A stretch of 43,759 nucleotides of DNA from Rhodothermales bacterium (lineage in GTDB: Bacteria > Bacteroidota > Rhodothermia > Rhodothermales > Rubricoccaceae). The notes under the pieces are model-generated. The model had not been told where the DNA came from. It did not search any database and saw nothing but the letters and a program-made list of their open reading frames with translations. This document shows, piece by piece, positions 8,989-17,488 of the stretch. How positions within the stretch are numbered: position 1 is the stretch's first letter; every line of letters starts with the position of its first letter. The DNA lies in the NCBI GenBank assembly GCA_038243565.1, contig JBBSQZ010000001.1, positions 1-43,759 of the forward strand. The letters run 5' to 3'. The position numbers and the translations under genes were made by a program.

Positions 8989-9983
8989 GATGCGGAGGGC
9001 GGAGGGCGGAGAGCGGAGGGCGGCGGTGCTGAAGCAGGCGGCGGCGCTGGTACGGATGCGGCGGCCGCGCGCTCCGCCTCCAGGAGATGCGCCTCGACGG
9101 CGCCGACGGCCGTCCGCGCCTCCGTAGCCGCCTCGTCGGCGCGGGCGGGCGACGGCGCGATGCCGGCGTAGGCGACGAGGTCGGCGAGGGCGAGCACGCG
9201 GCGCGTGGCGTCGCGTGCGTCAGACGGGACGCGGGCGTCGTGGGCGAGGGCGGCGTCGATCTCGTCGGTCGTGGACTCGAGCGCGGGCAGGCCGAGGCGC
9301 CGGGCGAGGTAGACGCGCAGCGCCTCGCGGGCGCCGAGCGCGCGCTCGGTCGGGGACTCGGGCAGCGCGTCGAGCGCGGCCGTTGCCTCGGGGAACGGCT
9401 CGGTGCGGGGAAGGGCAGGACGGGCGCGGCGTTTCCAGCGCAGGAACAGCCATGCGCCGACGCCGGCGAGGACGAGGGCAAGCGCGCCGAGCGCGAGCCA
9501 CACGGGCAGCAGGCCGGGGAAATCGTCCGGCGGGCCGAGCGGCGCCGGCGTCGTGTCGCCGCCACGAATCAGGCTGCGGACGGGCAGGACGACGACGCCC
9601 GACGCGGCCGAGACGGTGTCGCGCCCGACGGCGAGGCGGACGGGGATCGGCCCGACACGCGCCGTGTCGACGGCGAAGACGGCGACCTCGTAGACCGCGC
9701 TGTCCGTGCGGATGCTCCCGCGCACGACGGGCGGCAGGCGCGTCACGGAGAACGCCTCGGCGTCGCCGAACGAGACGAGCGGGGCGGTCTCGGCGCTGCC
9801 GGCCGGCACGTCCGGGAAGACGGCCGACTGCCCGGGCCCGTGGTCCACGGCGACGGCGACGCGGACGCGCTCGCCGGGCGAGACGCTGTCCGCGAGGACC
9901 GTCAGCCGCGCCGGCCGCTGCGCCGCGGCGGCGCTCGGCAGCGCAGCCATCGCGCAGATCAGGGACAGGAAGCGCGTCGTCAT
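8985..9983 (-). CDS. Secreted/membrane protein, DUF4381-like (position typical between DUF58 and BatA)
   Basis: Signal peptide (MTTRFLSLICAMAALPSAAAAQ), a central TM (LLPVWLALGALALVLAGVGAWLFLRW) and a helical C-terminal half. ATGA overlap with DUF58. The last ~12 codons are encoded by a heptad repeat tract. Confidence 0.55.
   Translation of the reverse strand: MTTRFLSLICAMAALPSAAAAQRPARLTVLADSVSPGERVRVAVAVDHGPGQSAVFPDVPAGSAETAPLVSFGDAEAFSVTRLPPVVRGSIRTDSAVYEVAVFAVDTARVGPIPVRLAVGRDTVSAASGVVVLPVRSLIRGGDTTPAPLGPPDDFPGLLPVWLALGALALVLAGVGAWLFLRWKRRARPALPRTEPFPEATAALDALPESPTERALGAREALRVYLARRLGLPALESTTDEIDAALAHDARVPSDARDATRRVLALADLVAYAGIAPSPARADEAATEARTAVGAVEAHLLEAERAAAASVPAPPPASAPPPSALRPPPSAS
8992..9026. 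repeat. Tandem heptad tract (GCGGAGG)x5; on the minus strand it is C-rich and abuts the batA start
   Basis: gcggagg gcggagg gcggaga gcggagg gcggcgg. It also encodes the C-terminal [13 protein letters not shown] of the upstream ORF. Confidence 0.8.
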
Positions 9984-10870
9984 CGCCGGCGGGACCGTTT
10001 CCGGAAGAACGCCGCGAGTGGCTCGACGTAGTCTGCATCCGTCCGCACGGTGAGGTGATCCACGCGGGATTCTTTGAGGACGGCCTCGGTGCGCGCCGCC
10101 CGGTCCGCCGCCCGCCTGGCGAATGCTGTTCGGACCGCCGCGCTCGACGTGTCCAGGACCGTCGCCGCGCCCGTCTCGGCGTCGACGACCTGGAGCAGAC
10201 CGACGGCCGGCAGCGCCTCCTCGCGCGGGTCCACGACGCGGACGGCCACGACGTCGTGGCGCGCCGAGGCGCGGCGGAGGGCGCGGGCGACGGCCTCGCC
10301 CTGCCCGGCGGGCACCATGAAGTCGCTCACGAGGATCACGATCGCGCGGCGGCGCACGACGCGCAGCACGTGGTCCAGCGCCCCGGCGATGTCGGTCCCG
10401 CGGCTGCGCGGCGCGTGGGCGAAGAGGTCGCGGAGCACGCGCAGCACGTGGCGCTTGCCCTTCTGCGGCGGCACGAACCGCTCGACCGTGTCCGTGAACA
10501 GGGCGAGCCCGACGCGGTCGCCGCTCTGGAGCGCCGAGAAGCCGAGCACGGCGCAGACCTCGGCGGCGAGGTCGCGCTTGGCGGTCTCGCCCGAGCCGAA
10601 GTCCTCGCTCCCCGAGACGTCCACGACGAGCATGAGCGTCTGCTCGCGCTCCTCCTCGAAGAGCTTCACGTACGGCTCGCCCGTCCGCGCGGAGACGTTC
10701 CAGTCGATCGTCCGCACGTCGTCGCCGACGAGGTACGGGCGGACCTCGGCGAACTCGATGCCGCGCCCGCGGAACGCCGAGTGGTACTCGCCGCCGAAGA
10801 CGCTCTCGACGAGGCCGCGCGTGCGGACCTCGACGCGCCGGATCTTGCGGAACAGCTCGCGGGGGATCAA
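9980..10870 (-). CDS. DUF58 family protein (MoxR-associated VWA-like)
   Basis: Core GGEYHSAFRGRGIEFAEVRPYLVGDDVRTIDWNVSAR...MLVVDVSGS is diagnostic of DUF58. The track ORF extends to 11170, but that 100-codon extension is Arg-rich and covers repeat elements. The proposed TTG start at 10870 gives a ~296-aa protein of typical length. The start is uncertain. Confidence 0.7.
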   Translation of the reverse strand: MIPRELFRKIRRVEVRTRGLVESVFGGEYHSAFRGRGIEFAEVRPYLVGDDVRTIDWNVSARTGEPYVKLFEEEREQTLMLVVDVSGSEDFGSGETAKRDLAAEVCAVLGFSALQSGDRVGLALFTDTVERFVPPQKGKRHVLRVLRDLFAHAPRSRGTDIAGALDHVLRVVRRRAIVILVSDFMVPAGQGEAVARALRRASARHDVVAVRVVDPREEALPAVGLLQVVDAETGAATVLDTSSAAVRTAFARRAADRAARTEAVLKESRVDHLTVRTDADYVEPLAAFFRKRSRRR

Positions 10871-10873
10871 CTC

Positions 10874-10896
10874 GGACGGCGGAAGGCGGAGGGTTG
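10874..10896. repeat. Heptad tract (GGAnGGn)x3; on the minus strand it is C-rich and abuts the proposed DUF58 TTG start
   Basis: ggacggc ggaaggc ggagggt. It is the inverted complement of the purQ leader tract ~400 nt away. Confidence 0.6.
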
Positions 10897-11125
10897 ATGT
10901 TACGCGCGCGGCGCGGGCGCCTCGGTCCGGCCCGGCGCCTCGGGCGGCGCGTCGCAGTAGCTTGGCGGGGAAAGGCCCCCTGTCTCGCCGCGCGTGGGTC
11001 GTGCTGAGACGAGGCGCCGGCGTCGCGCGGCTCGCCTGTCCCCCTTGAAGCGGGGGCAGCTTGGATCGTGCTCGCCTCGTCGGTCCTCGCCTCGGACCTC
11101 CGGTCCGCCTCGACACAGAACCAAC

Positions 11126-11272
11126 GTCATCCCGAGCTTGTCGAGGGATCTCTGCCGACTCAGATGCCACGGAACAGCGCGCTGTCGAGGCGCCTCGCGC
11201 GGCAGAGATCCTTCGACTCCGTGGGCTGCGCCGGCCTTCGGCGCGCGCAGGCGCTCACGCCACTCAGGATGC
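11126..11272. repeat. Nested inverted-repeat element (MITE/REP-like)
   Basis: Outer arms gtcatcccgag ... ctcaggatgcc. Inner arms tcgagggatctctgcc (11141-11156) and ggcagagatccttcga (11201-11216). Confidence 0.6.
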
Positions 11273-11298
11273 CGGTGTAGTGGGGTCCGCGGCAGATT

Positions 11299-11324
11299 CC
11301 GCCCTCCGCCCTCCGCCCTCCGCC
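11299..11324. repeat. Tandem heptad tract (CCGCCCT)x3.7 ending at the purQ ATG
   Basis: ccgccct ccgccct ccgccct ccgcc, followed by ATG. Confidence 0.85.
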
Positions 11325-12065
11325 ATGACTCCCCGCGTCGCCGTCCTCGTCTTCCCCGGGTCCAACTGCGACCACGACGCCTACCACGCGGCGAAGCACG
11401 TCTTCGGCGCGGACGCCCGCTTCGTGTGGCACAAAGAGGAGCGCCTCGGCGAGGCGGACCTCGTGATCGTCCCCGGCGGCTTCTCCTACGGCGACTACCT
11501 CCGCGCCGGCGCCATCGCCCGCTTCTCGCCCGTCATGAAAGACGTGGAGCGGTTCGCCACCGCGGGCGGGCTCGTCCTCGGCGTGTGCAACGGCTTCCAG
11601 GTGCTCTGCGAGGCGGGCCTGCTGCCCGGCGCGCTCGTCCGCAACGCGAGCCTCCGCTTCGTCTGCCGCGAGGCCCACATCCGCGTCGAGAACGCGGGCA
11701 CGCCGTTCACGCGCGGCATGGCCGAGGGCGACGTGCTGACCGTCCCGGTCGCCCACGGCGAGGGCAACTACGTCGACACCGAGGCCAACCTCGACCGCCT
11801 CGAGGCGACGGGCCGCGTCGTCTTCCGCTACGTCGACGCTGCGGGCGAGGCGACCCCCGAGGCGAGCCCGAACGGGTCCAGCCGCAACATCGCCGGCATC
11901 GTCAACGACCGCGGCAACGTGCTCGGCATGATGCCGCACCCGGAGCGCTGCGTCGAGGCGCTCGTGGGCACGGCGGGCGGCGGGGCGGACGGCGCGCGCC
12001 TCTTCGCGTCGGTCTTCGACGCCATCGCCGAGCGGACCGGCCGCGCCGCGGAGCCGGTCGCCTGA
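11325..12065 (+). CDS. purQ: Phosphoribosylformylglycinamidine synthase, glutaminase subunit PurQ
   Basis: [18 protein letters not shown]..., GVCNGFQVL (catalytic Cys) and MMPHPER (catalytic His/Glu). The ATG at 11325 is in frame with the track ORF. Confidence 0.9.
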   Translation: MTPRVAVLVFPGSNCDHDAYHAAKHVFGADARFVWHKEERLGEADLVIVPGGFSYGDYLRAGAIARFSPVMKDVERFATAGGLVLGVCNGFQVLCEAGLLPGALVRNASLRFVCREAHIRVENAGTPFTRGMAEGDVLTVPVAHGEGNYVDTEANLDRLEATGRVVFRYVDAAGEATPEASPNGSSRNIAGIVNDRGNVLGMMPHPERCVEALVGTAGGGADGARLFASVFDAIAERTGRAAEPVA

Positions 12066-12529
12066 TGGCCGTCGAGGTCCCGGTCCGGACGCAGCGCACG
12101 GCGCACCTTCGCCTCGCGCCCGACGCTGCGTTCGCCTTCCTCGTGGACGTGCCGGCGTGGGGCGCGCTCTTCCCCAACGTCGAGCGCATCGAGCCGCCCG
12201 GCGGCGAGCCGGACGCGTTCGTGTGGACGATGGCGCCCATCGGGCCGCCCGGCGTCGCGGTGCAGGTCGTCTACGCCTGCCGCTACGCGGCCGACGCCGC
12301 GGCGCAGACCGTCGCGTGGTCGCCCGTGGAGGGCGTCGGGACGGGGCGCTTCTCGGGGCGCGTCGACCTGGAGGCACGGGCGGACGGCGGCACGGACGCG
12401 CACCTGGACCTCGACGCCGTGCTCTCGATTCCGGCGCCGGCGTTCATCCGCCCGCTCGTCGTCGCCGCGGTGACGTTCGAGTTCGGGCGCATGATGGACA
12501 CGTTCGCCGGGCGCCTCGAGGCGCAGTAG
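12065..12529 (+). CDS. SRPBCC/CoxG-like small protein
   Basis: The ATG overlaps the purQ stop (TGATG). 154 aa ([40 protein letters not shown]...), with SRPBCC-like size and pattern. Confidence 0.45.
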   Translation: MAVEVPVRTQRTAHLRLAPDAAFAFLVDVPAWGALFPNVERIEPPGGEPDAFVWTMAPIGPPGVAVQVVYACRYAADAAAQTVAWSPVEGVGTGRFSGRVDLEARADGGTDAHLDLDAVLSIPAPAFIRPLVVAAVTFEFGRMMDTFAGRLEAQ

Positions 12530-12547
12530 CGCGTCGCGATGCCTCGC

Positions 12548-13066
12548 TCAGGCGACGAGCCGCTGGTCCGCCCTCGCGTCTACGGTCGCCTTCTGGCGGA
12601 CGAGGTCGAGGTACGACGGGACCGGGTAGCGGTCGCCGTAGATCGCCTTCATCTTCTCCCAGCGCAGCTTGCAGGCCATCGCAAAGGCCGTGTCCTCGCC
12701 GTAGCGCCGGATCGAGAACGACGTGCCCCGCGCGACGCCGGGCTCGGGGTTCCACGAGACCGCGTAGACCTCGTGCCGCACGCCGCGGCGGTCCATCTTG
12801 TGCGTCCGCGAGATGCCGACGACGCCCGACGTGTTGCTGCGGTTGGCGCGCACGAGGCGCCGCTTCGGGGAGACGGCAGGGAGCGCGGCGACCTCGCCCG
12901 CGAGCGCCTGGCGGTAGGTCTCGGCCGCCTCGAAGGCTGCGTCGCGCGTGCTGTGCTTGCGGTCCGAGAAGAGGCGCGAGAACGTCTTTCCGTGGCGGTA
13001 GACGCGGACCTGCCAGCCGTGCGTCGAGTCCGAGTCGATGCGAATGATTCCTTTCGACCGGGGCAT
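12548..13066 (-). CDS. AP2-domain DNA-binding protein (two AP2-like units)
   Basis: The internal Met at 13066 begins MPRSKGIIRIDSDSTHGWQVRVYRHGKTFSRLFSDRKHSTRDAAFEAAETYRQAL. A second unit reads SGVVGISRT...YAVSWNP...SFSIRRYGEDTAFAMACKLR. Both fit the bacterial AP2 three-strand + helix pattern. Confidence 0.55.
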   Translation of the reverse strand: MPRSKGIIRIDSDSTHGWQVRVYRHGKTFSRLFSDRKHSTRDAAFEAAETYRQALAGEVAALPAVSPKRRLVRANRSNTSGVVGISRTHKMDRRGVRHEVYAVSWNPEPGVARGTSFSIRRYGEDTAFAMACKLRWEKMKAIYGDRYPVPSYLDLVRQKATVDARADQRLVA

Positions 13067-13171
13067 GGGCTCAGGGAATTCCTTAGGTAAAGGGGAATGT
13101 AATCTCCTGTTTCCTAATGGCAAGCGGCTGGACCTCAATTTATCAGCGCTGAGCTCCTGGCTGCACGGGAG

Positions 13172-14401
13172 TTAAGCCGGGTCGATGGGGCACCCGGCCT
13201 GCACCTCGGCGCCCCAGCGGCCATGAACCCGCCCTTTCCAGCCGATTCGCGGCCTCAGCGCGAGCGCCGCCGGCAGCGTGACGAGGTAGCCGAAGAGGAA
13301 CGCCTCGAAGCCGGGCAGGTCGCGCGCGTGCAGCCGCCCGCCGACGCGGCGCAAAACAGCGCGAAGTAACGCCGCCTCGGCAAGCGTCTTGACGGCAATC
13401 GCACCGGCTGCGACGCCCGGCGCCACGAGCAGGCCCGCGAGCGGGAGCGCGTGCACGGCCCACAGCCCGACGTACGCCGTCACGACGGGCGCACCGCCCG
13501 TGAGCCCGCCGCGCGCCCACCGCCGGCGCTGCCGGTACGCCGCCGCGACGCCGTCGACGGGCAGTGTCCAGACGGTCGTCGGCGCGGAGACGGGGAAGCG
13601 GACGCGGAACGCCGACCGCTCGGCGACGGCGCGGACGAGCGTGAAGTCCTCGGTGACGGAGAACGGCAGCGCGGGGTAGCCGCCGACGGCGTCGTAGGCC
13701 GCGCGGCGGATGCCCATGTTGTTGCCCATGCCCGTCGCCGGCAGGCCCGCCTCGGCGAGCGCCGAGACGGCGCCGATGAGCAGCGTCCAGTCCAGCGCCT
13801 GCACGCGGTCGAACGGCCGCTCGGGGCGCGGGTCGATGCGCGCGAGGCCGCAGACGAGGCCGACGGTCGGGTCGGCGAAGGCGGCGGCCTTCGCGCGGGC
13901 CCACAGCGGCGGCGCGGCGCAGTCGGCGTCGGTCACGAGCACGACCTCGGCCGTCGTCGTCTCGATAGCCTCGTGGAGCGCGCGCGCCTTGCCGCAGAGC
14001 GCGTCTGCCGTGTCGTGGACGCGGACGAGGCGCAGGCGCGGCAGGAGCGCCTCGGGCACCTCGTGGGCGGCGCCGTCCCCTTCGGTGATGTCGCCGGCGA
14101 GGGCGAGCGCGCGCGGCATCCGCGACCGGACGATCGCCGCCGTCCGGTCCATCGATCCATCGTCGGCGACGACGATCTCGAGGCGGTCCGCGGGGTAGTC
14201 CTGCGCGAGGAGCGCGTCGAGGCAGCGCCCGATGGTCGTCTCCTCGTCGCGCGCGGCGACGACGATGGCGAGCGTCGGCAGGTCGTCCTCGGCGACGGGC
14301 GGCGGGAGGTGCGGCGCGCGCGCCGTCCGCCATGCGAGCCCGCCGACGAACGCAGCGTAGGTGCCGACGGCGGCGAGGAGCGCGGGGACGATCACGGTCA
14401 C
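13172..14401 (-). CDS. Processive family-2 glycosyltransferase (membrane-embedded), paralog 1
   Basis: GTG start in a GTGA overlap with the deacetylase stop. AIVVAARDEE, VVADDGSMD, VTDADC, TEDFTL and RQRRRW (D,D,D,QxxRW signature). N- and C-terminal TM helices. Confidence 0.8.
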   Translation of the reverse strand: MTVIVPALLAAVGTYAAFVGGLAWRTARAPHLPPPVAEDDLPTLAIVVAARDEETTIGRCLDALLAQDYPADRLEIVVADDGSMDRTAAIVRSRMPRALALAGDITEGDGAAHEVPEALLPRLRLVRVHDTADALCGKARALHEAIETTTAEVVLVTDADCAAPPLWARAKAAAFADPTVGLVCGLARIDPRPERPFDRVQALDWTLLIGAVSALAEAGLPATGMGNNMGIRRAAYDAVGGYPALPFSVTEDFTLVRAVAERSAFRVRFPVSAPTTVWTLPVDGVAAAYRQRRRWARGGLTGGAPVVTAYVGLWAVHALPLAGLLVAPGVAAGAIAVKTLAEAALLRAVLRRVGGRLHARDLPGFEAFLFGYLVTLPAALALRPRIGWKGRVHGRWGAEVQAGCPIDPA

Positions 14402-15069
14402 GGCGTGGCCGGTGGGGGAAGGGCGGGGAAGCGCCAGCCGGCGGCGGCGAGGCGCGGCAGCGCGAGGCGCAGCGCCTCGGCAGCCCGGGCGGCCGGCACG
14501 CCGTCGTGGATCACGGCGACGGCGCCGGGGCGCGCGGCGCGTACGAGGCGCTCGGCGAGGACGTCGGCGGGCACGGACGGAAGGTAGTCGCCCGGCATGA
14601 GGTCCCACAGGACGAGCCGCCGCCCGGCGCGTGCCCACCGCACGATGCCGGGCGTCACGCGGCCGTACGGCGGCCGCACGTCGCGAACAGCTGTGCCGAG
14701 CGCCTGCTCGAGGAGCACCTCGGCGCGCGCCAGCTCGGCGACGGCAGCGCCGGGCGGCATCGCCCAGGCGCTTCGGTGCGCGCCGCCGTGGTTGCCGGCG
14801 CGATGGCCGCCCGCCGTCCAACGCCGCGCGAGGCCGGGGAGCGCCGCGGCGCGGTCGGCCGAGAGGAAGGCGAGCGCGTGGGCGTCGCAGGTGGCGAGCG
14901 CCTCGAGGAGGAGCGGCGTCCCGCGGTCGTCCGGCCCGTCGTCGATCGTGACGTACAGCAGCGGGTGGCCCTGCGCGTCTCGGCGCGGGCCGCGGAGGAC
15001 GGCGCCGGGCACGAGCGGCCCGACGAGGCGCACGCCATGCGTATCGCGCCAGAACGCGACGTCATTCAC
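14398..15069 (-). CDS. Polysaccharide deacetylase (NodB homology domain)
   Basis: GTG start in a GTGA overlap with the upstream GT2 stop. YVTIDDGPDD (NodB motif 1 TFDDG-like), GNHGGAH, RPPYGR. About 223 aa. Confidence 0.75.
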   Translation of the reverse strand: MNDVAFWRDTHGVRLVGPLVPGAVLRGPRRDAQGHPLLYVTIDDGPDDRGTPLLLEALATCDAHALAFLSADRAAALPGLARRWTAGGHRAGNHGGAHRSAWAMPPGAAVAELARAEVLLEQALGTAVRDVRPPYGRVTPGIVRWARAGRRLVLWDLMPGDYLPSVPADVLAERLVRAARPGAVAVIHDGVPAARAAEALRLALPRLAAAGWRFPALPPPATP

Positions 15070-16271
15070 CGGTCCACGCGGCGCCCTTTCCACTCGAAGC
15101 CCGACGAGGCGCCGAGCAGGCCGAGCGCGGCGACGGCGAGCGAGTACGGCGCGTGCAGCACGAGGTGCGCGGGGTAGGCCCAGAGCAGACGCGTCTGCCC
15201 GAAGCGCCGCGCCGCCGGGACGAGCACGGCGAGGTCGCCGAAGGCTTTGAGCGCAAGGGCCGCAATCACATACGGCCAGAGGCTCGGGGCGAACGGGAGC
15301 GCCAGCACGGCGAGGACGAGCGCGATGAAGAACGCCCCGATGCCGAGCAGCATCCGCTGAAGCCGCGCCGGGTAGAGCGCGCCCTTCGAGGCCCACCGCC
15401 GGCGCTGGTGGACGAACGCGTGGAGCGTCCGCACGGGCTCCGTCAGCACCGTCGCGCCGGGCGCGGCGCAGAAGCGGACGTCGAGCGGCGTCTGGTAGGC
15501 CACCTTCTGCATCAGCAGCTCGTCGTCGCCGGACGTGACGTGGTCCACGCCGGAGAAGCCGCCGAGGGCGGCGAACGTCTCGCGGCGGTACGCGACCGAG
15601 GCGCCGTTGGCGAGGTTCGGCTGGCCGAGCCCGATGCCGCCGGCGCCGCACGCCATCAGGCCGAAGAAGTCCATCGCCTGGAGGCGGACGAAGAGGCTCG
15701 GGCGGTCGCCGAGGGCGTAGGCGACGGGGCCGGAGACGAACGCCGTCTCGGGGCCGTCGAACGCGCCGGCCATCGCGCGCGCCCAGCCCGGCGGGACGAT
15801 GCAGTCGGCGTCGGTCGTGAGCACGAGCTCGCCGCGGGCGAACGCGACGGCCTTCTCGATGGCCGCCTTCTTGTGCGCGCGCTCGCGGCGCCGGTTCTCG
15901 GGGATGCGGACGAGCCGCAGCGGCCCGTCGCCTTCGATCTCGTCCGGATCCGTCTCGTCCACGCCGGCTTCGACGAGGCGCCGCGCCATGCGGCTCCGCA
16001 CGACGTCGGCCGTCGCGTCCTGCGAGTCGTCGTCGACGACGATGAGCTCGAGGCGCCCGGCCGGATAGTCCTGCGCGAGAACGGAGTCCACGCACGCGCC
16101 GATGGTGTTTTCCTCGTTGCGGGCGGGCACGACGACGGTCACCGTCGGCCACTCGAAGCGCGGAGATCTGGCATCGGCCTCGCGGAACACGCGGCGCAGG
16201 CCGACGGCCCAGCCGCCGAGGCGCAGCGCGTACGCCGCGGCGAGCGCGACGAGGAGCAGCCCGGCCGTCAC
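15066..16271 (-). CDS. Processive family-2 glycosyltransferase (membrane-embedded), paralog 2
   Basis: GTG start in a GTGA overlap with the upstream gene stop. TVVVPARNEE, IVVDDDSQD, TTDADC, SGDDELL and HQRRRW. Clearly paralogous to 13172..14401. Confidence 0.8.
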   Translation of the reverse strand: MTAGLLLVALAAAYALRLGGWAVGLRRVFREADARSPRFEWPTVTVVVPARNEENTIGACVDSVLAQDYPAGRLELIVVDDDSQDATADVVRSRMARRLVEAGVDETDPDEIEGDGPLRLVRIPENRRRERAHKKAAIEKAVAFARGELVLTTDADCIVPPGWARAMAGAFDGPETAFVSGPVAYALGDRPSLFVRLQAMDFFGLMACGAGGIGLGQPNLANGASVAYRRETFAALGGFSGVDHVTSGDDELLMQKVAYQTPLDVRFCAAPGATVLTEPVRTLHAFVHQRRRWASKGALYPARLQRMLLGIGAFFIALVLAVLALPFAPSLWPYVIAALALKAFGDLAVLVPAARRFGQTRLLWAYPAHLVLHAPYSLAVAALGLLGASSGFEWKGRRVDR

Positions 16272-17254
16272 GCGGCGCGGCCGGACAGGCGGGCGTCGGG
16301 CAGCACCGCGGCGCGCGGCACGCGGAGGCGCGACAGCAGCGGCACGCCGGCCGCGGCGGGCAGCAGCAGGTTGATCACGAACACGGCGAGCGACGCGTTG
16401 AGGGCCGCCGCCGCCGAGACGCCCGCACCGGCCAGCACCACGACGGCCACACCCTCGCGCACGCCGAGGTCGCCCAGCGTGAGCTGCGGCACAGCACTCT
16501 TCAAGAGGAACACCACCGCGACGCCGGCCGCGACGGCGCCCCACGCTGCGGCCGGCGCGAACGCGTGGACGAGGAGGACGAACTGCGCCGAGAAGATGCC
16601 GTAACGCAGGAACGACAGCGCCACGAGGACGGCCGCCTCGCCGCGCGGCACGCGCTCGAACGACGCCAGCGCCTCGCGGACGACGCGGACGGGCACGATC
16701 TGCCCCAGCACGCGTGCCGTCCGAGACGGGGACGCGAACGCCGCCGCGAGCACGCCCGACGCGGCCACGGCCCACACGCCGACGCCGGCCCACACACCGC
16801 TCGGCGCGATGCCCGCGGCCGGATTCACGAACAGCGCCGCGGCTCCGCCGGCGAGGCAAGCCAGCAGTGTCGCCATCCGCTCGGCGAACGTCAGCGCGGC
16901 GGACGTGCCGGCGGTGACGCCGCGTAAAAAGGCCGCGCGCCCGACGAAGTCGCCGACGCGGCCGGGCGTGAGCAGCCCCAGCGGGTACGCCCCGACGACA
17001 GCGGCCACGGCGTCGCGCATCCGCACCTCCGGCTGAACGCGCCGCACGAGGCGCCCCCACCGCACCGCCTCGAGGCCGACGTTGAGCGGCAGCAGCGCCA
17101 GCGCGGCGCCGATCCAGCGGACGTCGGCCGCGGCCCACGCCGCGCCCACGGCGGACGGGTCCACGAGGCGCACGAGGCCCCACACGGCGACGGCGGCCAG
17201 CGCGGCCTTGCCGGCGAAGAGCCAGCGCGGGGAGACGGGGCGGGGGACGGGCAC
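16268..17254 (-). CDS. Flippase-like (LPG-synthase-TM / UPF0104) integral membrane protein
   Basis: 328 aa and polytopic. WLFAGKAALAAVAVWGLVRLVD...RWGRL...GLLTPGRVGDFVGRA is typical of the MprF flippase-like domain family. First gene of the operon. The GTG start is uncertain. Confidence 0.6.
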   Translation of the reverse strand: MPVPRPVSPRWLFAGKAALAAVAVWGLVRLVDPSAVGAAWAAADVRWIGAALALLPLNVGLEAVRWGRLVRRVQPEVRMRDAVAAVVGAYPLGLLTPGRVGDFVGRAAFLRGVTAGTSAALTFAERMATLLACLAGGAAALFVNPAAGIAPSGVWAGVGVWAVAASGVLAAAFASPSRTARVLGQIVPVRVVREALASFERVPRGEAAVLVALSFLRYGIFSAQFVLLVHAFAPAAAWGAVAAGVAVVFLLKSAVPQLTLGDLGVREGVAVVVLAGAGVSAAAALNASLAVFVINLLLPAAAGVPLLSRLRVPRAAVLPDARLSGRAA

Positions 17255-17488
17255 GCGCGCAAGCTAGGCGGCCGAGCGGCCGGCGTCTAGGAAGCGGCCG
17301 AAAAGACGGCGCCGCGGGATGCCGCGGCGCGATGATTCGAACGATGCGGAGCGCCTGACCTGTCCGTCTGCCGGGGCGCTCGGCGCGGAGCACGGTGAAC
17401 CGGGTGTGGTGCTCGGGCCGAGACGCGCCACCGGCGCTACGGCGGCGGCGGTGGACCGATCTTGTCCGCCTTGCCTTCCGTCCTTGCC

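Noticed and set aside
10871-11170. 100-codon N-terminal extension of the DUF58 ORF
   Set aside because: The sequence is Arg/Pro-rich, covers the nested inverted-repeat element, and would make the protein about 100 aa longer than the family norm. No ATG lies between it and the conserved core, so a TTG at 10870 is proposed instead, at modest confidence.
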